The position numbers and the translations under genes were made by a program. Under the pieces are notes generated by a model that saw only the letters and a program-made list of their open reading frames with translations, ran no database searches and had not been told where the DNA came from. A DNA stretch of 64,000 nt, from the IMG/VR virus record IMGVR_UViG_3300020420_000671. The stretch is one strand, 5' to 3'. Below, in pieces: positions 11,501 to 21,024 of the stretch (positions are counted from its first letter, which is position 1; every line of letters starts with the position of its first letter). The stretch is from a virus (lineage: Duplodnaviria; Caudoviricetes).

Positions 11501-11527
11501 TTAGTTTCCTTAATTCTTTTATAAATG

Positions 11528-11534
11528 TATTTAT
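11528..11534 (-). promoter_or_regulatory. T4-like late promoter -10 box (ATAAATA)
   Basis: TATTTAT on + strand, 28 nt upstream of the wedge gene start; same motif precedes most structural genes. Confidence 0.65.
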
Positions 11535-11563
11535 TATATAGAATTATATGACCACTTAATTCT

Positions 11564-11998
11564 TTAACTTGTCAGGCCGTTTGCTTTGTCAAACTGAAGT
11601 CTAAGCTGTTCACTTATATTATATGTGAGATACTGTAATGTGCATTCAACTTGTAATCCACTTTCGAACTCAGTCACTGAAACACCACTTGCCTTTACTC
11701 TAGGATCATAATTTACTATATTTGTTACATTTCTTGTTATTGCGTCTATTAATTCACGTGTTAAGGGTTCGTATAATGCGTCCCAAATAATACATCCAAA
11801 TCTTGGATTTGAGAGTTTTTCCCCTTGTCTTATGTTAAAATGATTTAAAAGATCTTGTTTAATAAGGCCAAGATCATATTGTTGGAAGCTGGTGTTTTCT
11901 GGATTAACCGTACTAAATCCTCTGTAAGCCTTTTGCTTTACAGGCAACTTGGGTGCTTTTGCTGTTTTTATTTTTATTTCTTTATATAAGTCTGCCAT
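11564..11998 (-). CDS. Baseplate wedge subunit gp25-like
   Basis: DLGLIKQDLLNHFNIRQGEKLSNPRFGC and IVNYDPRV match the GPW/gp25 pattern. Confidence 0.85.
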   Translation of the reverse strand: MADLYKEIKIKTAKAPKLPVKQKAYRGFSTVNPENTSFQQYDLGLIKQDLLNHFNIRQGEKLSNPRFGCIIWDALYEPLTRELIDAITRNVTNIVNYDPRVKASGVSVTEFESGLQVECTLQYLTYNISEQLRLQFDKANGLTS

Positions 11999-12006
11999 AA
12001 TAATAT

Positions 12007-12318
12007 TTATTCGTTTGCGTATACCGTGGTTTGTGTTGTGCTTTTTATCTGAGCATTACAATCATAAGTATCACCTATTCTACCAACTTCTAAATCTTCG
12101 GCAAAAACATCTGGACTGTGAGTCACTAAAGGTGTTCCGTATACAGGTGGACAATGCGTGTGTGGTTCATTGAGATCTGTTTTTCTATGTATGCCATGAC
12201 CAGCAACAAATACAGTTGAACTACCCGTGTCAGTAAGTATGTCACCAGGGGCTACACAGATTGGATGTACTGTGTCCACTATATCTCCTGATCCTACTTT
12301 TCTAGCTATCAATGGCAT
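12007..12318 (-). CDS. PAAR-like spike tip protein (gp5.4-like)
   Basis: 103 aa directly downstream of the gp5-like gene; GSSTVFVAG, His/Cys cluster HTHC, GRIGDTYDC. Confidence 0.7.
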   Translation of the reverse strand: MPLIARKVGSGDIVDTVHPICVAPGDILTDTGSSTVFVAGHGIHRKTDLNEPHTHCPPVYGTPLVTHSPDVFAEDLEVGRIGDTYDCNAQIKSTTQTTVYANE

Positions 12319-15029
12319 TATTGTACCTGCATCACTCCTCCGCCATGTGCTATTGGTGTTGGCGGTGTTAAGGAAGCTAACGGTGTTAATTCTTTTTTCT
12401 TAATTCTTTGGTAGTAGCTTTTTCCTGTTTCTATTCTTTCGGAAGTTTTACTTCCTGTCCTGTCAGCATATCCAACAGCATTCTTAAATTGAGAACCTAG
12501 TGAAGTAAAGTTTGTTGTTGTCCAAGTTATAAATCCAGCCTTCTCTCCTTTTGTCAAGTATGCTACTGCTAATTTACAAGCAGTAGAAGGATCGTTTGCT
12601 AATTCAGGATTATTATAAATGTCTGTGCCTATTAATCCACCATATGTTTTGTAGTTGTCTGTACCTGTTAATTGTATCAAACCTCTACCTCGGTATGTCC
12701 AGCCGTCTCCTGTTTCTGGGGCACCATTACCCATTCTGTTTCCATATACAACACTTGCTATTTGAACTGGTTTTCTATGTAAAGTTTCTGAAAGTGCTGT
12801 TCCACCTTTTTTACTAAACATTTTAAAAGTTGCTCTCATACCAGCGGCACTATAATTCATGTTTTCACTCTTTGGTATGAAATTGCTTTCATGTTTTATT
12901 TGAGCACATGCCATTGCTATTGCTTCCCCTGCTCCACCAGGAGTAGCACCACTATTAAGTGCCTTGGCTGGATCTAGTCCTAATGACTTAATTAATTCGC
13001 TTATAAAAAATCTTGTCATATCTTCATCATTGACTGGATCATTTGGTTGTGTACCCTTGGTTCCGTCATTATTCGTTTGAAATATTTTACTTGTATCAAT
13101 TGATTCAGGTTCAGCATCTCCAGCTCTGAACACTCCTGAAGTGCTATTTCTTTCAGGCATGTCTGATTCCTTTTCCAAAGGTGGATTTTGACTTCTTATT
13201 TCAGGTGCTGGTGAATTTATACTGTCTGTTTCTCCTGGTGTATGAGCAGATGGATTATAACTTTCGTGTGAGTTCCAAGGCTCGTGTTGAGGAGTTCTTC
13301 TTGGTAGTAATGCTATGGCGGCATCTGATGCTCTAGTAGCATCAGCCGTAACTCTTTGGTCAGCTATAGGACTTCCATTCTTATCTAAAACTTGGTCTGA
13401 ATCATCAACTGCTTCATTTGTAGCAGGTTTAGTAAATGTATCACCGATTGAATCTGCTGTATCTGAAGGATCTGGAACTTGAGCAGGACTGTTCATATGT
13501 ATTTGCGAAGCCTGTTCTCTGTGTACATCCACTGATAAAATTTGTGTTTTACCTCCAGCATCTAATTTATTATCTGTGGCACTTTTAATTTGTGTATTAG
13601 CACCACTTGTAAATTTATTATCGCCTACAGTATTTAAATTAAACGCTCCATTGACTGTCTGTCTATAATCGCCTACAACCTTAGAATGAAAGTTTTGATT
13701 GATTGCTACATGTCCATCTAAAGTAACCTGTAAATTGTAATCTCCAGTAATTGTTGATCTATGTGTTCCTTCTATTTGAATATCTTCATCATTACCAATT
13801 GCTTTTTGTCTGTTTCCGCCAATCTTTAAATCCTGATTTATTGCCACATACTTGGTATCATTTTTAAGTATTCTAACATCATTGTTTTCAGCAACCTTTA
13901 CTTTTTTATCCCGCAGAGCTGTAAGGTTAAAATCTCTTCCTGCTAATATATTGATATCTCTGTCAGCAGTGATGTTTAAGTCTGTTTCAGTTCTTATGTT
14001 TATACTATCACTACCATAGATATCAATTTTTCCATTAGAAGTCATTTCTAACCAAGCACTACCTTGTGCGTTTGCGATATAGATTATATCTTCTGAATTG
14101 TGTAATAAAATCTGATGCCCTGTTCTTGTTCTTAAACGAACATGTTCGTTAAACGGTATAGTTTGATCACCTTTAGAAGCATTTTCAGCAATAGCTTCAA
14201 TGTCATAATACTTGGCTCCTGTGGATCCTGCTTTACCTGCTCTAATGATTGAAGGATCTCCGTCGTCCATTACAAAACTTGATCCACCTAATCTACTTCT
14301 AAAATATTCAATAGATTGTCCTTTGGACCCATATTTTCCTTTAGGTGCTCCATCTTTTTTATCTAAAGGTCCTGGACTATTCCATCCAAAAACTGTGCTT
14401 GGAATATCTCTCCTAGCACTTGATGTAGATTGTCCTCTGATTGGTTCTTTTAAAAGTCCCTGTGTTGAAAGAGCTCCTGCGAATAATGGATTGTGTGGCC
14501 TTTTGAAACGATCAGGATTATATCCTTTGTGATTTAATTTTTTATTATATTCACCGGTAGGTAATCTTCTACCTTTGTAGTCATCTGCTAATCCGTCTTG
14601 ATAAATTATGTCTGCTCCTGAGGTAGGATTGCTTCCTGGCATCATACTATTCATGTATTGATCTTGTACACATCCTATCCAATAACATTGGTTAGGTTTA
14701 TTTTCTACGAATATTACCAACACCTTTGTACCCGGATCAGGTGGTACTGCCCAAAATCCATAACTTTGTTGTGTAGCCGCAAACTGTTCATTTCGTGAAT
14801 TAGATTCAACATCGTTGACTCCATAAAAAGGAGTGCAATAATGAGCAGTAAATTGTTGTCCTTCAGGAAAAAGTTCTTCACCTCCCGGTTGGGTATATGA
14901 CAAAAGTTCAACTTTCAATGATCCCATTCTATCAGCATCAAGATGACTAACCACTCTTGCTAAAAACGGACCAGCTGTAAAATTTTTTTCTGGATTAGCT
15001 CCGGCGGTTCTTTTTACTTGAGAAGACAT
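12318..15029 (-). CDS. Baseplate central spike (gp5/VgrG-like) with C-terminal GH19 lysozyme/chitinase-like domain
   Basis: OB-fold signature SYGFWAVPPDPGTKVLVIF..YWIGC; RTRTGHQILLH; beta-strand repeat region; C-terminal QIKHES..ENMNYS..YGNRMGNG..GDGWTYRGRGLIQLTG. Confidence 0.85.
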   Translation of the reverse strand: MSSQVKRTAGANPEKNFTAGPFLARVVSHLDADRMGSLKVELLSYTQPGGEELFPEGQQFTAHYCTPFYGVNDVESNSRNEQFAATQQSYGFWAVPPDPGTKVLVIFVENKPNQCYWIGCVQDQYMNSMMPGSNPTSGADIIYQDGLADDYKGRRLPTGEYNKKLNHKGYNPDRFKRPHNPLFAGALSTQGLLKEPIRGQSTSSARRDIPSTVFGWNSPGPLDKKDGAPKGKYGSKGQSIEYFRSRLGGSSFVMDDGDPSIIRAGKAGSTGAKYYDIEAIAENASKGDQTIPFNEHVRLRTRTGHQILLHNSEDIIYIANAQGSAWLEMTSNGKIDIYGSDSINIRTETDLNITADRDINILAGRDFNLTALRDKKVKVAENNDVRILKNDTKYVAINQDLKIGGNRQKAIGNDEDIQIEGTHRSTITGDYNLQVTLDGHVAINQNFHSKVVGDYRQTVNGAFNLNTVGDNKFTSGANTQIKSATDNKLDAGGKTQILSVDVHREQASQIHMNSPAQVPDPSDTADSIGDTFTKPATNEAVDDSDQVLDKNGSPIADQRVTADATRASDAAIALLPRRTPQHEPWNSHESYNPSAHTPGETDSINSPAPEIRSQNPPLEKESDMPERNSTSGVFRAGDAEPESIDTSKIFQTNNDGTKGTQPNDPVNDEDMTRFFISELIKSLGLDPAKALNSGATPGGAGEAIAMACAQIKHESNFIPKSENMNYSAAGMRATFKMFSKKGGTALSETLHRKPVQIASVVYGNRMGNGAPETGDGWTYRGRGLIQLTGTDNYKTYGGLIGTDIYNNPELANDPSTACKLAVAYLTKGEKAGFITWTTTNFTSLGSQFKNAVGYADRTGSKTSERIETGKSYYQRIKKKELTPLASLTPPTPIAHGGGVMQVQ

Positions 15030-17824
15030 TAAGTGCTTCCTCCTACGTCGGTTCCAGACGCTTTTCTATATTCATATTCTTGTTGACGCATTATAAAGTT
15101 AGCAAAGTCTGCTTTTGTTTTCTTAAGGTATTCATTACGGAGTGCTTCTTCTCCTCTTTCTATTCCATTTAGGTTTGTGTCAGCCAAAGCGTTAGCTAAT
15201 TCTAAAGGATCACCACTTGCGATAGCGGCGTCAATTCTTCTTTGTTGCTCCGCTCTAGTATTGAATAGGGTCTCTCTAATTTCCTTGGCATGATCATATT
15301 TTTCATTTAGGAACTGATTTCCTCTCCTTACAAGTGTAAGATCATTAGTATATGTATTTCCTCTAAAACTATTTGACACGGTAATTACTTGATATAATCC
15401 ACTAAACTGATTAACGTCTGATAAACCTTTTGCTGTTGGTGTGCCTGTATCTATATCTATAGGCGTCTTAAAGTTAATTATAATATCAACCTGTCCATTT
15501 TGGTAATTCATGGTTCCGTCACTGTTTATATTAATATATGGTGTTGGTGCTGAAAAATAATTTCCGCCTCCACTGTCTGTCATAAAGTACAAGTCTCCAA
15601 GAATAGTCAAATCAGCCATAATAAGATCCGCAGGACTATTAATCAAAGCATCTTGGAAAGCTCTTGCTACTCTTACTGCGGGTGTTTCTTGTACCGCACC
15701 TTGTGTTTGTTCACCTAATTGTGTTGAATTTACTGACGAACTCATGGCCGCTGTTTTAGCATTAGTTTTACTGGTTGATCCTTTTGTGTTTTTTATTGAT
15801 GTTTTTACATCAGTTGTATCTCTTCCTTTTTCTGATAAACTGTTATTGGCTGATCTATTCATAAAATCATTAGCAATAGCAGTATAAAAAGCAGTTTCAA
15901 ATTTTATATCAAAACTGAGAACATCAGTATTTTTACCAGTGTAGATATAATCATAATGTTTAACTGCTTGTGATCTAAGGTAGTCATAACCTGGAGGAGG
16001 ATCGTTTGGCATCATGAATACTGATTGATGTACCATAGCAGGAACAACATTGTATACGAAAATTTTAGGAAACTTATTAAACTTTCCTTCTGTAGCAGGA
16101 GCATCCAAAACATAAGTTTGAACTTCAATCCTAAACCATTCAACTAATCCTTTTGGATCTGAGGCAAGTTGTCCTCTTTCTAAAAGTTTTTTCCCGTAAT
16201 CACTTATTAACACAAGTTCTTCAATTATTCTTTGTATTTTAGTTCCTTGTTTAAATTGAACTGTTCTAGAAGTAGGATTGATTGACGTGCCGTTTCTATG
16301 TAGCACTTTTGCTTTTTCATCATAAACAAATTTGCTTATTCCAAAATTACTCGTTCCTGGTGCTAAACTTCCTTGAGAAAACATAGCAGTTGATCCAATT
16401 GAATTAGTAAAATTAGCTGTCATGAAATCTTTTTTAATTTTTTCACTTAGGTTATTTCGTTTAATACTATAACCCAATCTATCATACACATATTCTTTCT
16501 TCAAAATCTCTTCAGCATTACTCCCTCTAGCTTTTAATGCTCCTGGAGATTGATTAACCATGAAGTCTGTACCTATAGCACTAGCCACTGCTTCGTCTAT
16601 ATCATACTCTCTTCTATCCTTTGTGAAATCACCAAAGACTGCTGTGTTATCTGTATCAGCAAGTTGACTCTTCATCACATTCTGAGACATGTCTGTTGGA
16701 AATAAAATTATTATTTCGTCTGGTTCGTGTGGATCATCGGCTTCTTTTGCTGTTGATAATAGCGAAGTATTAACTACAGAAGCAAGACTGTTTACACCCG
16801 TTTGTAAAATTTCTTGTACTGTTCTTCCGCTGATAGATATGTTAGTTGGTAAACTTTGATTTTGATCTGTTAAAGCAGTTTCATTGAACGGCGTAGCTCT
16901 TACTATGTATTTTGAACCTCCATTAGTAACTTCAAATTCTACATTAAAAAGTTTTACAGCAAGTTGACGTTTGCCTTCTTTGTTTAATCTTAATTCACTA
17001 AATTTAGATTCTCCTTCTTTCTGTATCATGTCAGAATATCCTACTACATCTAATTGTAAAAGATAAGGACATTCAAGATAATTAGAATATCCGGCATTCA
17101 TAGCACAAAGCTGTAGATGTTGTAGAAACTGTCCCATGCTATAAGGTTCTGTTACTTCAAACTCAATGTTAAAAGCTGAAGTAACTCTAGTTTTTGTATT
17201 AGGAGCTACCACAGTTTTTATTTCAACATTATCTATAAAATATTGTGTATTAGGAATTCCATTTTTAATTTCTAGGTCTGTCATTGGTCTGGCCGGCATA
17301 GGACCCAACCTGCTGTAGACGCTATCAAATCCTCCCATTTTAATAACTGTATGTTGAGGTTTCGGTCCTCGCAGTCTATAAGTTTTATGCGGAAAATTAC
17401 ATTCGTCGTTGCTTAATGCCGCGAACGTCCAAAGATAATTTTTACTTACATAATCGTCTAAAATATTTCGTTTACGTGCTGATCCAAAGTGATCTAATCT
17501 TGCGGCATCTACTTCTGCCTGTGTCTTGGCACCCAATTCAGCCGCTTCGTAATCTTCATCAGTTGGTTCAACATTAGTTGAATATCCGTTAGCTACAAAT
17601 TTAGGAGCATTAGGATCAGCATCTCCAGCTGTAGCTGATTCTGCTTTTTTTCCTGCTGTATCTTTTTTAATATTTTTGCTATCAGTTCCGTCTAGTCCAG
17701 CCGCTTTCCTATATTCAGCATCGGTATCGACTTCACTACCTACAGTCTGTTCACCTTCTTTAGGTTTAAAAAATTTTTTTGTGCCTACAACTATATCAGC
17801 ATAGGTGTACGGTTGCTCGGACAT
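15029..17824 (-). CDS. Putative baseplate hub protein
   Basis: 931 aa between the gp5-like and gp53-like genes; C-terminal LTILGD..FSGLYQVITVSNSF resembles hub (gp27/gpD-like) C-termini. Function inferred mainly from position. Confidence 0.45.
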   Translation of the reverse strand: MSEQPYTYADIVVGTKKFFKPKEGEQTVGSEVDTDAEYRKAAGLDGTDSKNIKKDTAGKKAESATAGDADPNAPKFVANGYSTNVEPTDEDYEAAELGAKTQAEVDAARLDHFGSARKRNILDDYVSKNYLWTFAALSNDECNFPHKTYRLRGPKPQHTVIKMGGFDSVYSRLGPMPARPMTDLEIKNGIPNTQYFIDNVEIKTVVAPNTKTRVTSAFNIEFEVTEPYSMGQFLQHLQLCAMNAGYSNYLECPYLLQLDVVGYSDMIQKEGESKFSELRLNKEGKRQLAVKLFNVEFEVTNGGSKYIVRATPFNETALTDQNQSLPTNISISGRTVQEILQTGVNSLASVVNTSLLSTAKEADDPHEPDEIIILFPTDMSQNVMKSQLADTDNTAVFGDFTKDRREYDIDEAVASAIGTDFMVNQSPGALKARGSNAEEILKKEYVYDRLGYSIKRNNLSEKIKKDFMTANFTNSIGSTAMFSQGSLAPGTSNFGISKFVYDEKAKVLHRNGTSINPTSRTVQFKQGTKIQRIIEELVLISDYGKKLLERGQLASDPKGLVEWFRIEVQTYVLDAPATEGKFNKFPKIFVYNVVPAMVHQSVFMMPNDPPPGYDYLRSQAVKHYDYIYTGKNTDVLSFDIKFETAFYTAIANDFMNRSANNSLSEKGRDTTDVKTSIKNTKGSTSKTNAKTAAMSSSVNSTQLGEQTQGAVQETPAVRVARAFQDALINSPADLIMADLTILGDLYFMTDSGGGNYFSAPTPYININSDGTMNYQNGQVDIIINFKTPIDIDTGTPTAKGLSDVNQFSGLYQVITVSNSFRGNTYTNDLTLVRRGNQFLNEKYDHAKEIRETLFNTRAEQQRRIDAAIASGDPLELANALADTNLNGIERGEEALRNEYLKKTKADFANFIMRQQEYEYRKASGTDVGGST

Positions 17825-17827
17825 ATA

Positions 17828-18112
17828 TTACTCCAATGCGTCTTTTACCCTAGAAGGGCTTGGTAGATATATAGAAGTTCCTGTAGCGATATCGTAGATA
17901 AAATCTTCTATTGTATCTAGATTTCTTTGCCCAAATACCCACCATAGATCTTTGTTTCCATAATAGTCATAAGCTAAAAGATCTGGTCTATGATTGTACT
18001 GAGGTTCAATTGTATAAAGTTTATCATCATAAAAAGCTGGAATAGGTCTAATGGTTAAAAGGTCTAATGTTCCATTTATTTTAAACTCTGTATCTTTATA
18101 AGGACTTGACAT
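17828..18112 (-). CDS. Baseplate wedge gp53-like (LysM-like) protein
   Basis: HRPDLLAYDYYGNKDLWWVF motif typical of gp53/gpX proteins. Confidence 0.7.
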   Translation of the reverse strand: MSSPYKDTEFKINGTLDLLTIRPIPAFYDDKLYTIEPQYNHRPDLLAYDYYGNKDLWWVFGQRNLDTIEDFIYDIATGTSIYLPSPSRVKDALE

Positions 18113-19047
18113 TAAATGTATCCTTTACCTAAGTTACTGCCGTTTACAAAATCACTGTAACTAAATTTAGAAACTTTGGATCTACTGTAGATAGGTTGTA
18201 CTGTAACTGTGAACTGTGATTCAGATGGTGCCCAGCCTACTGACATTCCTGCTTTTTGCTCAGCAATAGATGCTCCAAAGTCTGAAAAATCTATAGGATT
18301 AAAACCAGTTGCTATGTAGTCAACTTCGTTAGGCATATCAACTGTAAAGTTAGCTATGACTACCGGAACTTTATTAAAAACATAATCACCATAACCACTG
18401 AGTTCAACCACTGGAGGTGGATTACCTCTACCATCTTGATCTGATCCATGTTGCATTTTAGTTACTGTTCGTAGATAGTGCAAACAAGCTACCCAATAAC
18501 TAGCTTCTAAACCATTTTGACTGTAAAATTGTCCTGTAATAACCAACTGATCCACTTGTGAATTCTGATAAGCAAAAAAGGGATAATTATTATGTATAGG
18601 AGCCACTTGATTATAATTAGCTGAGTGACTCAATATAATAGTAGGAGTATAAGGAAACATCATTCCTCCCGTGTTAATCAAAGGTTTCATCAATTCCGAT
18701 CTCTCAAAAACTGAAGGCAAACTTAATTTGACTCGCCAATCTCTATCTTCAACTGTTGATTGTCCCCAATATGCTGTTGTCGGTGAAGTACCCAATGCAG
18801 GGTCGCCACCTTTTAGAAATTTAGATCTTACATCACCAACAAGATTGTCACCTCCACCAGTTATACCATCATATATGTCTTGGGCAGTACCTTTCATTGA
18901 TTGGTATAAGGGTGATTCGGTTACCCAACTAGGAGCTTCAGCTGAAGCTGTGTTTTGTCCTTCACTAGCGAAGGCTGTTTTGCTTTTATCGACGGCTAGG
19001 CTCTTTCCGTCTTTGCTTATTTTTCCGCCTTTAAAGTATGATGGCAT
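18112..19047 (-). CDS. Baseplate/tail-tube initiator-like protein (gp48/gp54-like)
   Basis: GGMMFPYTP, GNPPPVVELSGYGDYVFNKVPVVIANFTVDMPNEVDYI; first gene of the baseplate operon, preceded by CTAAATA (19067-19073, minus). Confidence 0.55.
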   Translation of the reverse strand: MPSYFKGGKISKDGKSLAVDKSKTAFASEGQNTASAEAPSWVTESPLYQSMKGTAQDIYDGITGGGDNLVGDVRSKFLKGGDPALGTSPTTAYWGQSTVEDRDWRVKLSLPSVFERSELMKPLINTGGMMFPYTPTIILSHSANYNQVAPIHNNYPFFAYQNSQVDQLVITGQFYSQNGLEASYWVACLHYLRTVTKMQHGSDQDGRGNPPPVVELSGYGDYVFNKVPVVIANFTVDMPNEVDYIATGFNPIDFSDFGASIAEQKAGMSVGWAPSESQFTVTVQPIYSRSKVSKFSYSDFVNGSNLGKGYI

Positions 19048-19073
19048 TTGGTTATCTCCTTACTATTATTTAG

Positions 19074-19102
19074 TTGACAAAATTAACAGAGTATATTATA
19101 AT
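19074..19102 (+). promoter_or_regulatory. Sigma70 consensus promoter for gp55
   Basis: TTGACA (19074-79), 17 nt, TATAAT (19097-102). Confidence 0.9.
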
Positions 19103-19107
19103 GTGGT

Positions 19108-19968
19108 ATGAACCTTGGAGAACCAATGAAAAGAATCAATTATTTAAACAACAAAGACATATTAGCAGAGATTCATAAGTCTAAATCATCGTTTTGTAGC
19201 TTTACGGACAACGATTTTGCTGACTTTGATATAATATTACCTAGTGTGTCTAAAATAAATGTCCGTACAATAGCAGAAGCAAAAAGGAACAAGGCAAAAA
19301 AATTACAGCAAAAGGCATTTGAAAAGGCAAAAGAAAGTGGAAAAAGAGTAAAATTAGCAGAATTTGCTATTGATTATCGAAAAATAGAAAAAACGGATGT
19401 GATATTTAGGATTATGATGTATGATCACATTCCAGAAGAGCCGGGACGTAAGAAAAATCCTAAAACAATAGCAGACACAAAAACAAAGGTAAATTTTCCT
19501 CCATTCCAACATTATAAATTTAATGATAACGGTGAACTTATCTGTGTAGGTAAAAGTCATTGGGAAGGTGGTATGGAAAATGGCAATTTTACCAAAGAAG
19601 GTGGTAAAGTAACAAATAAACTTGCTTTAATGTGGATGAAACTTTGTGATCGGTATGCTACCCGTGGTAATGTAAGAGGATACACGTATAATGATGAGAT
19701 GCGTGGCCAGGCAATATTACAGTTGTCTCAGATTGGATTACAGTTTGATGAATCCAAATCCAATAATCCTTTTGCGTATTATACTGCGGCTGTGACAAAT
19801 TCATTTGTAAGAGTTATTAATATAGAAAAAAGAAATCAAAATATTAGAGATGACATCTTAGAAATGAATCACATGAATCCTAGTTACACAAGACAGGCAA
19901 AAGGAGAATGGGAGCGTCAACAACGTGACCATAATTTAGCTAACCAAAAAGCCCAAAAAACTGATTGA
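19108..19968 (+). CDS. gp55: Late-transcription sigma factor (T4 gp55-like); probable start 19126
   Basis: YLNNKDILAEI; YTYNDEMRGQAILQL..FDESKSNNPFAYYT..SFVRVINIEKR; upstream of gp47/gp46 as in T4. GGAG at 19117-20 favours ATG 19126. Confidence 0.85.
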   Translation: MNLGEPMKRINYLNNKDILAEIHKSKSSFCSFTDNDFADFDIILPSVSKINVRTIAEAKRNKAKKLQQKAFEKAKESGKRVKLAEFAIDYRKIEKTDVIFRIMMYDHIPEEPGRKKNPKTIADTKTKVNFPPFQHYKFNDNGELICVGKSHWEGGMENGNFTKEGGKVTNKLALMWMKLCDRYATRGNVRGYTYNDEMRGQAILQLSQIGLQFDESKSNNPFAYYTAAVTNSFVRVINIEKRNQNIRDDILEMNHMNPSYTRQAKGEWERQQRDHNLANQKAQKTD

Positions 19969-19993
19969 CAAACTCTTAGTTTTCTATTATAAT
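19965..19993 (+). promoter_or_regulatory. Sigma70 consensus promoter for the gp47-gp46 operon
   Basis: TTGACA (19965-70), 17 nt, TATAAT (19988-93). Confidence 0.9.
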
Positions 19994-20013
19994 GCTAGAG
20001 GAAGGATTGTATT

Positions 20014-21024
20014 TTGTTTAAAAAAGCGGCGGTTTTTACTGATATCCATCTTGGATTGAAGTCTAACAGTAAAGTTCATTTACAGGATTGTGAAGAATTT
20101 GTAGATTGGTTTATCCAAAAAGCAAAAGAAAACGGTTGTGAAACTGGAATATTTTGTGGAGACTGGCATCACAATCGAAATACTATTAATGTACAAACAC
20201 TTGATACTACAACAAGGTGTTTAGAAAAACTAGGTAAAGCATTTGAAAAATTTTATTTCTTTGCTGGTAACCATGATTTGTATTACAAAGATAAACGTGA
20301 CATCTATTCTTTAGAGTTTGGTAAACATATTCCTGGCATCACATACGTAGATGAAATATTACAAGAAGATGACGTTGTTCTTGTTCCTTGGTTAGTAGGT
20401 GAAGAATGGAAGCAGATTTCTAAGATAAAAGCAAAATATATGTTTGGTCATTTTGAACTTCCTAACTTTTATATGAATGCCATGGTACAGATGCCAGACA
20501 CTGGTGAGTTGAAGGCTGAACACTTTAAGCATCAAGACTATGTATTTTCAGGACACTTCCATAAAAGACAGGTACAAGGAAAAATACATTATTTAGGAAA
20601 TGCTTTTCCACACAACTACGCAGACGCATGGGATGACAAACGTGGTATGATGATCCTTGATAAGGAAAACAATAAAGAACCAGTATACATAGACTGGGAT
20701 GATTGTCCAAAATATAGAACTTTAAAACTTTCTAAACTGTTAGATGAAAAAGAAAAACTATTAAAAAGTAAAATGTATCTTAGAGTTACACTTGACTTAC
20801 CCATATCATATGAAGAAGCTAGTTTTATTAAAGAAACTTTTGTAAACGAATATGACTGTAGAGAAATAACACTTATTCCAAGTCAAAAGGATGAAGAGAT
20901 ACACACTGATATTGATATAAGCACATTTGAAAGTGTAGATCAAATTGTAACTAAGGAGATTACAGCAATTGATACTGAACAATATGATAAAAACACGCTG
21001 TTAAGGATATATGACGAACTATGA
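20014..21024 (+). CDS. gp47: Recombination nuclease subunit, Mre11/SbcD-like
   Basis: Metallophosphoesterase motifs DIHLG, GDWHH, GNHD, GHF, SGHFH; TTG start. Confidence 0.92.
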   Translation: MFKKAAVFTDIHLGLKSNSKVHLQDCEEFVDWFIQKAKENGCETGIFCGDWHHNRNTINVQTLDTTTRCLEKLGKAFEKFYFFAGNHDLYYKDKRDIYSLEFGKHIPGITYVDEILQEDDVVLVPWLVGEEWKQISKIKAKYMFGHFELPNFYMNAMVQMPDTGELKAEHFKHQDYVFSGHFHKRQVQGKIHYLGNAFPHNYADAWDDKRGMMILDKENNKEPVYIDWDDCPKYRTLKLSKLLDEKEKLLKSKMYLRVTLDLPISYEEASFIKETFVNEYDCREITLIPSQKDEEIHTDIDISTFESVDQIVTKEITAIDTEQYDKNTLLRIYDEL

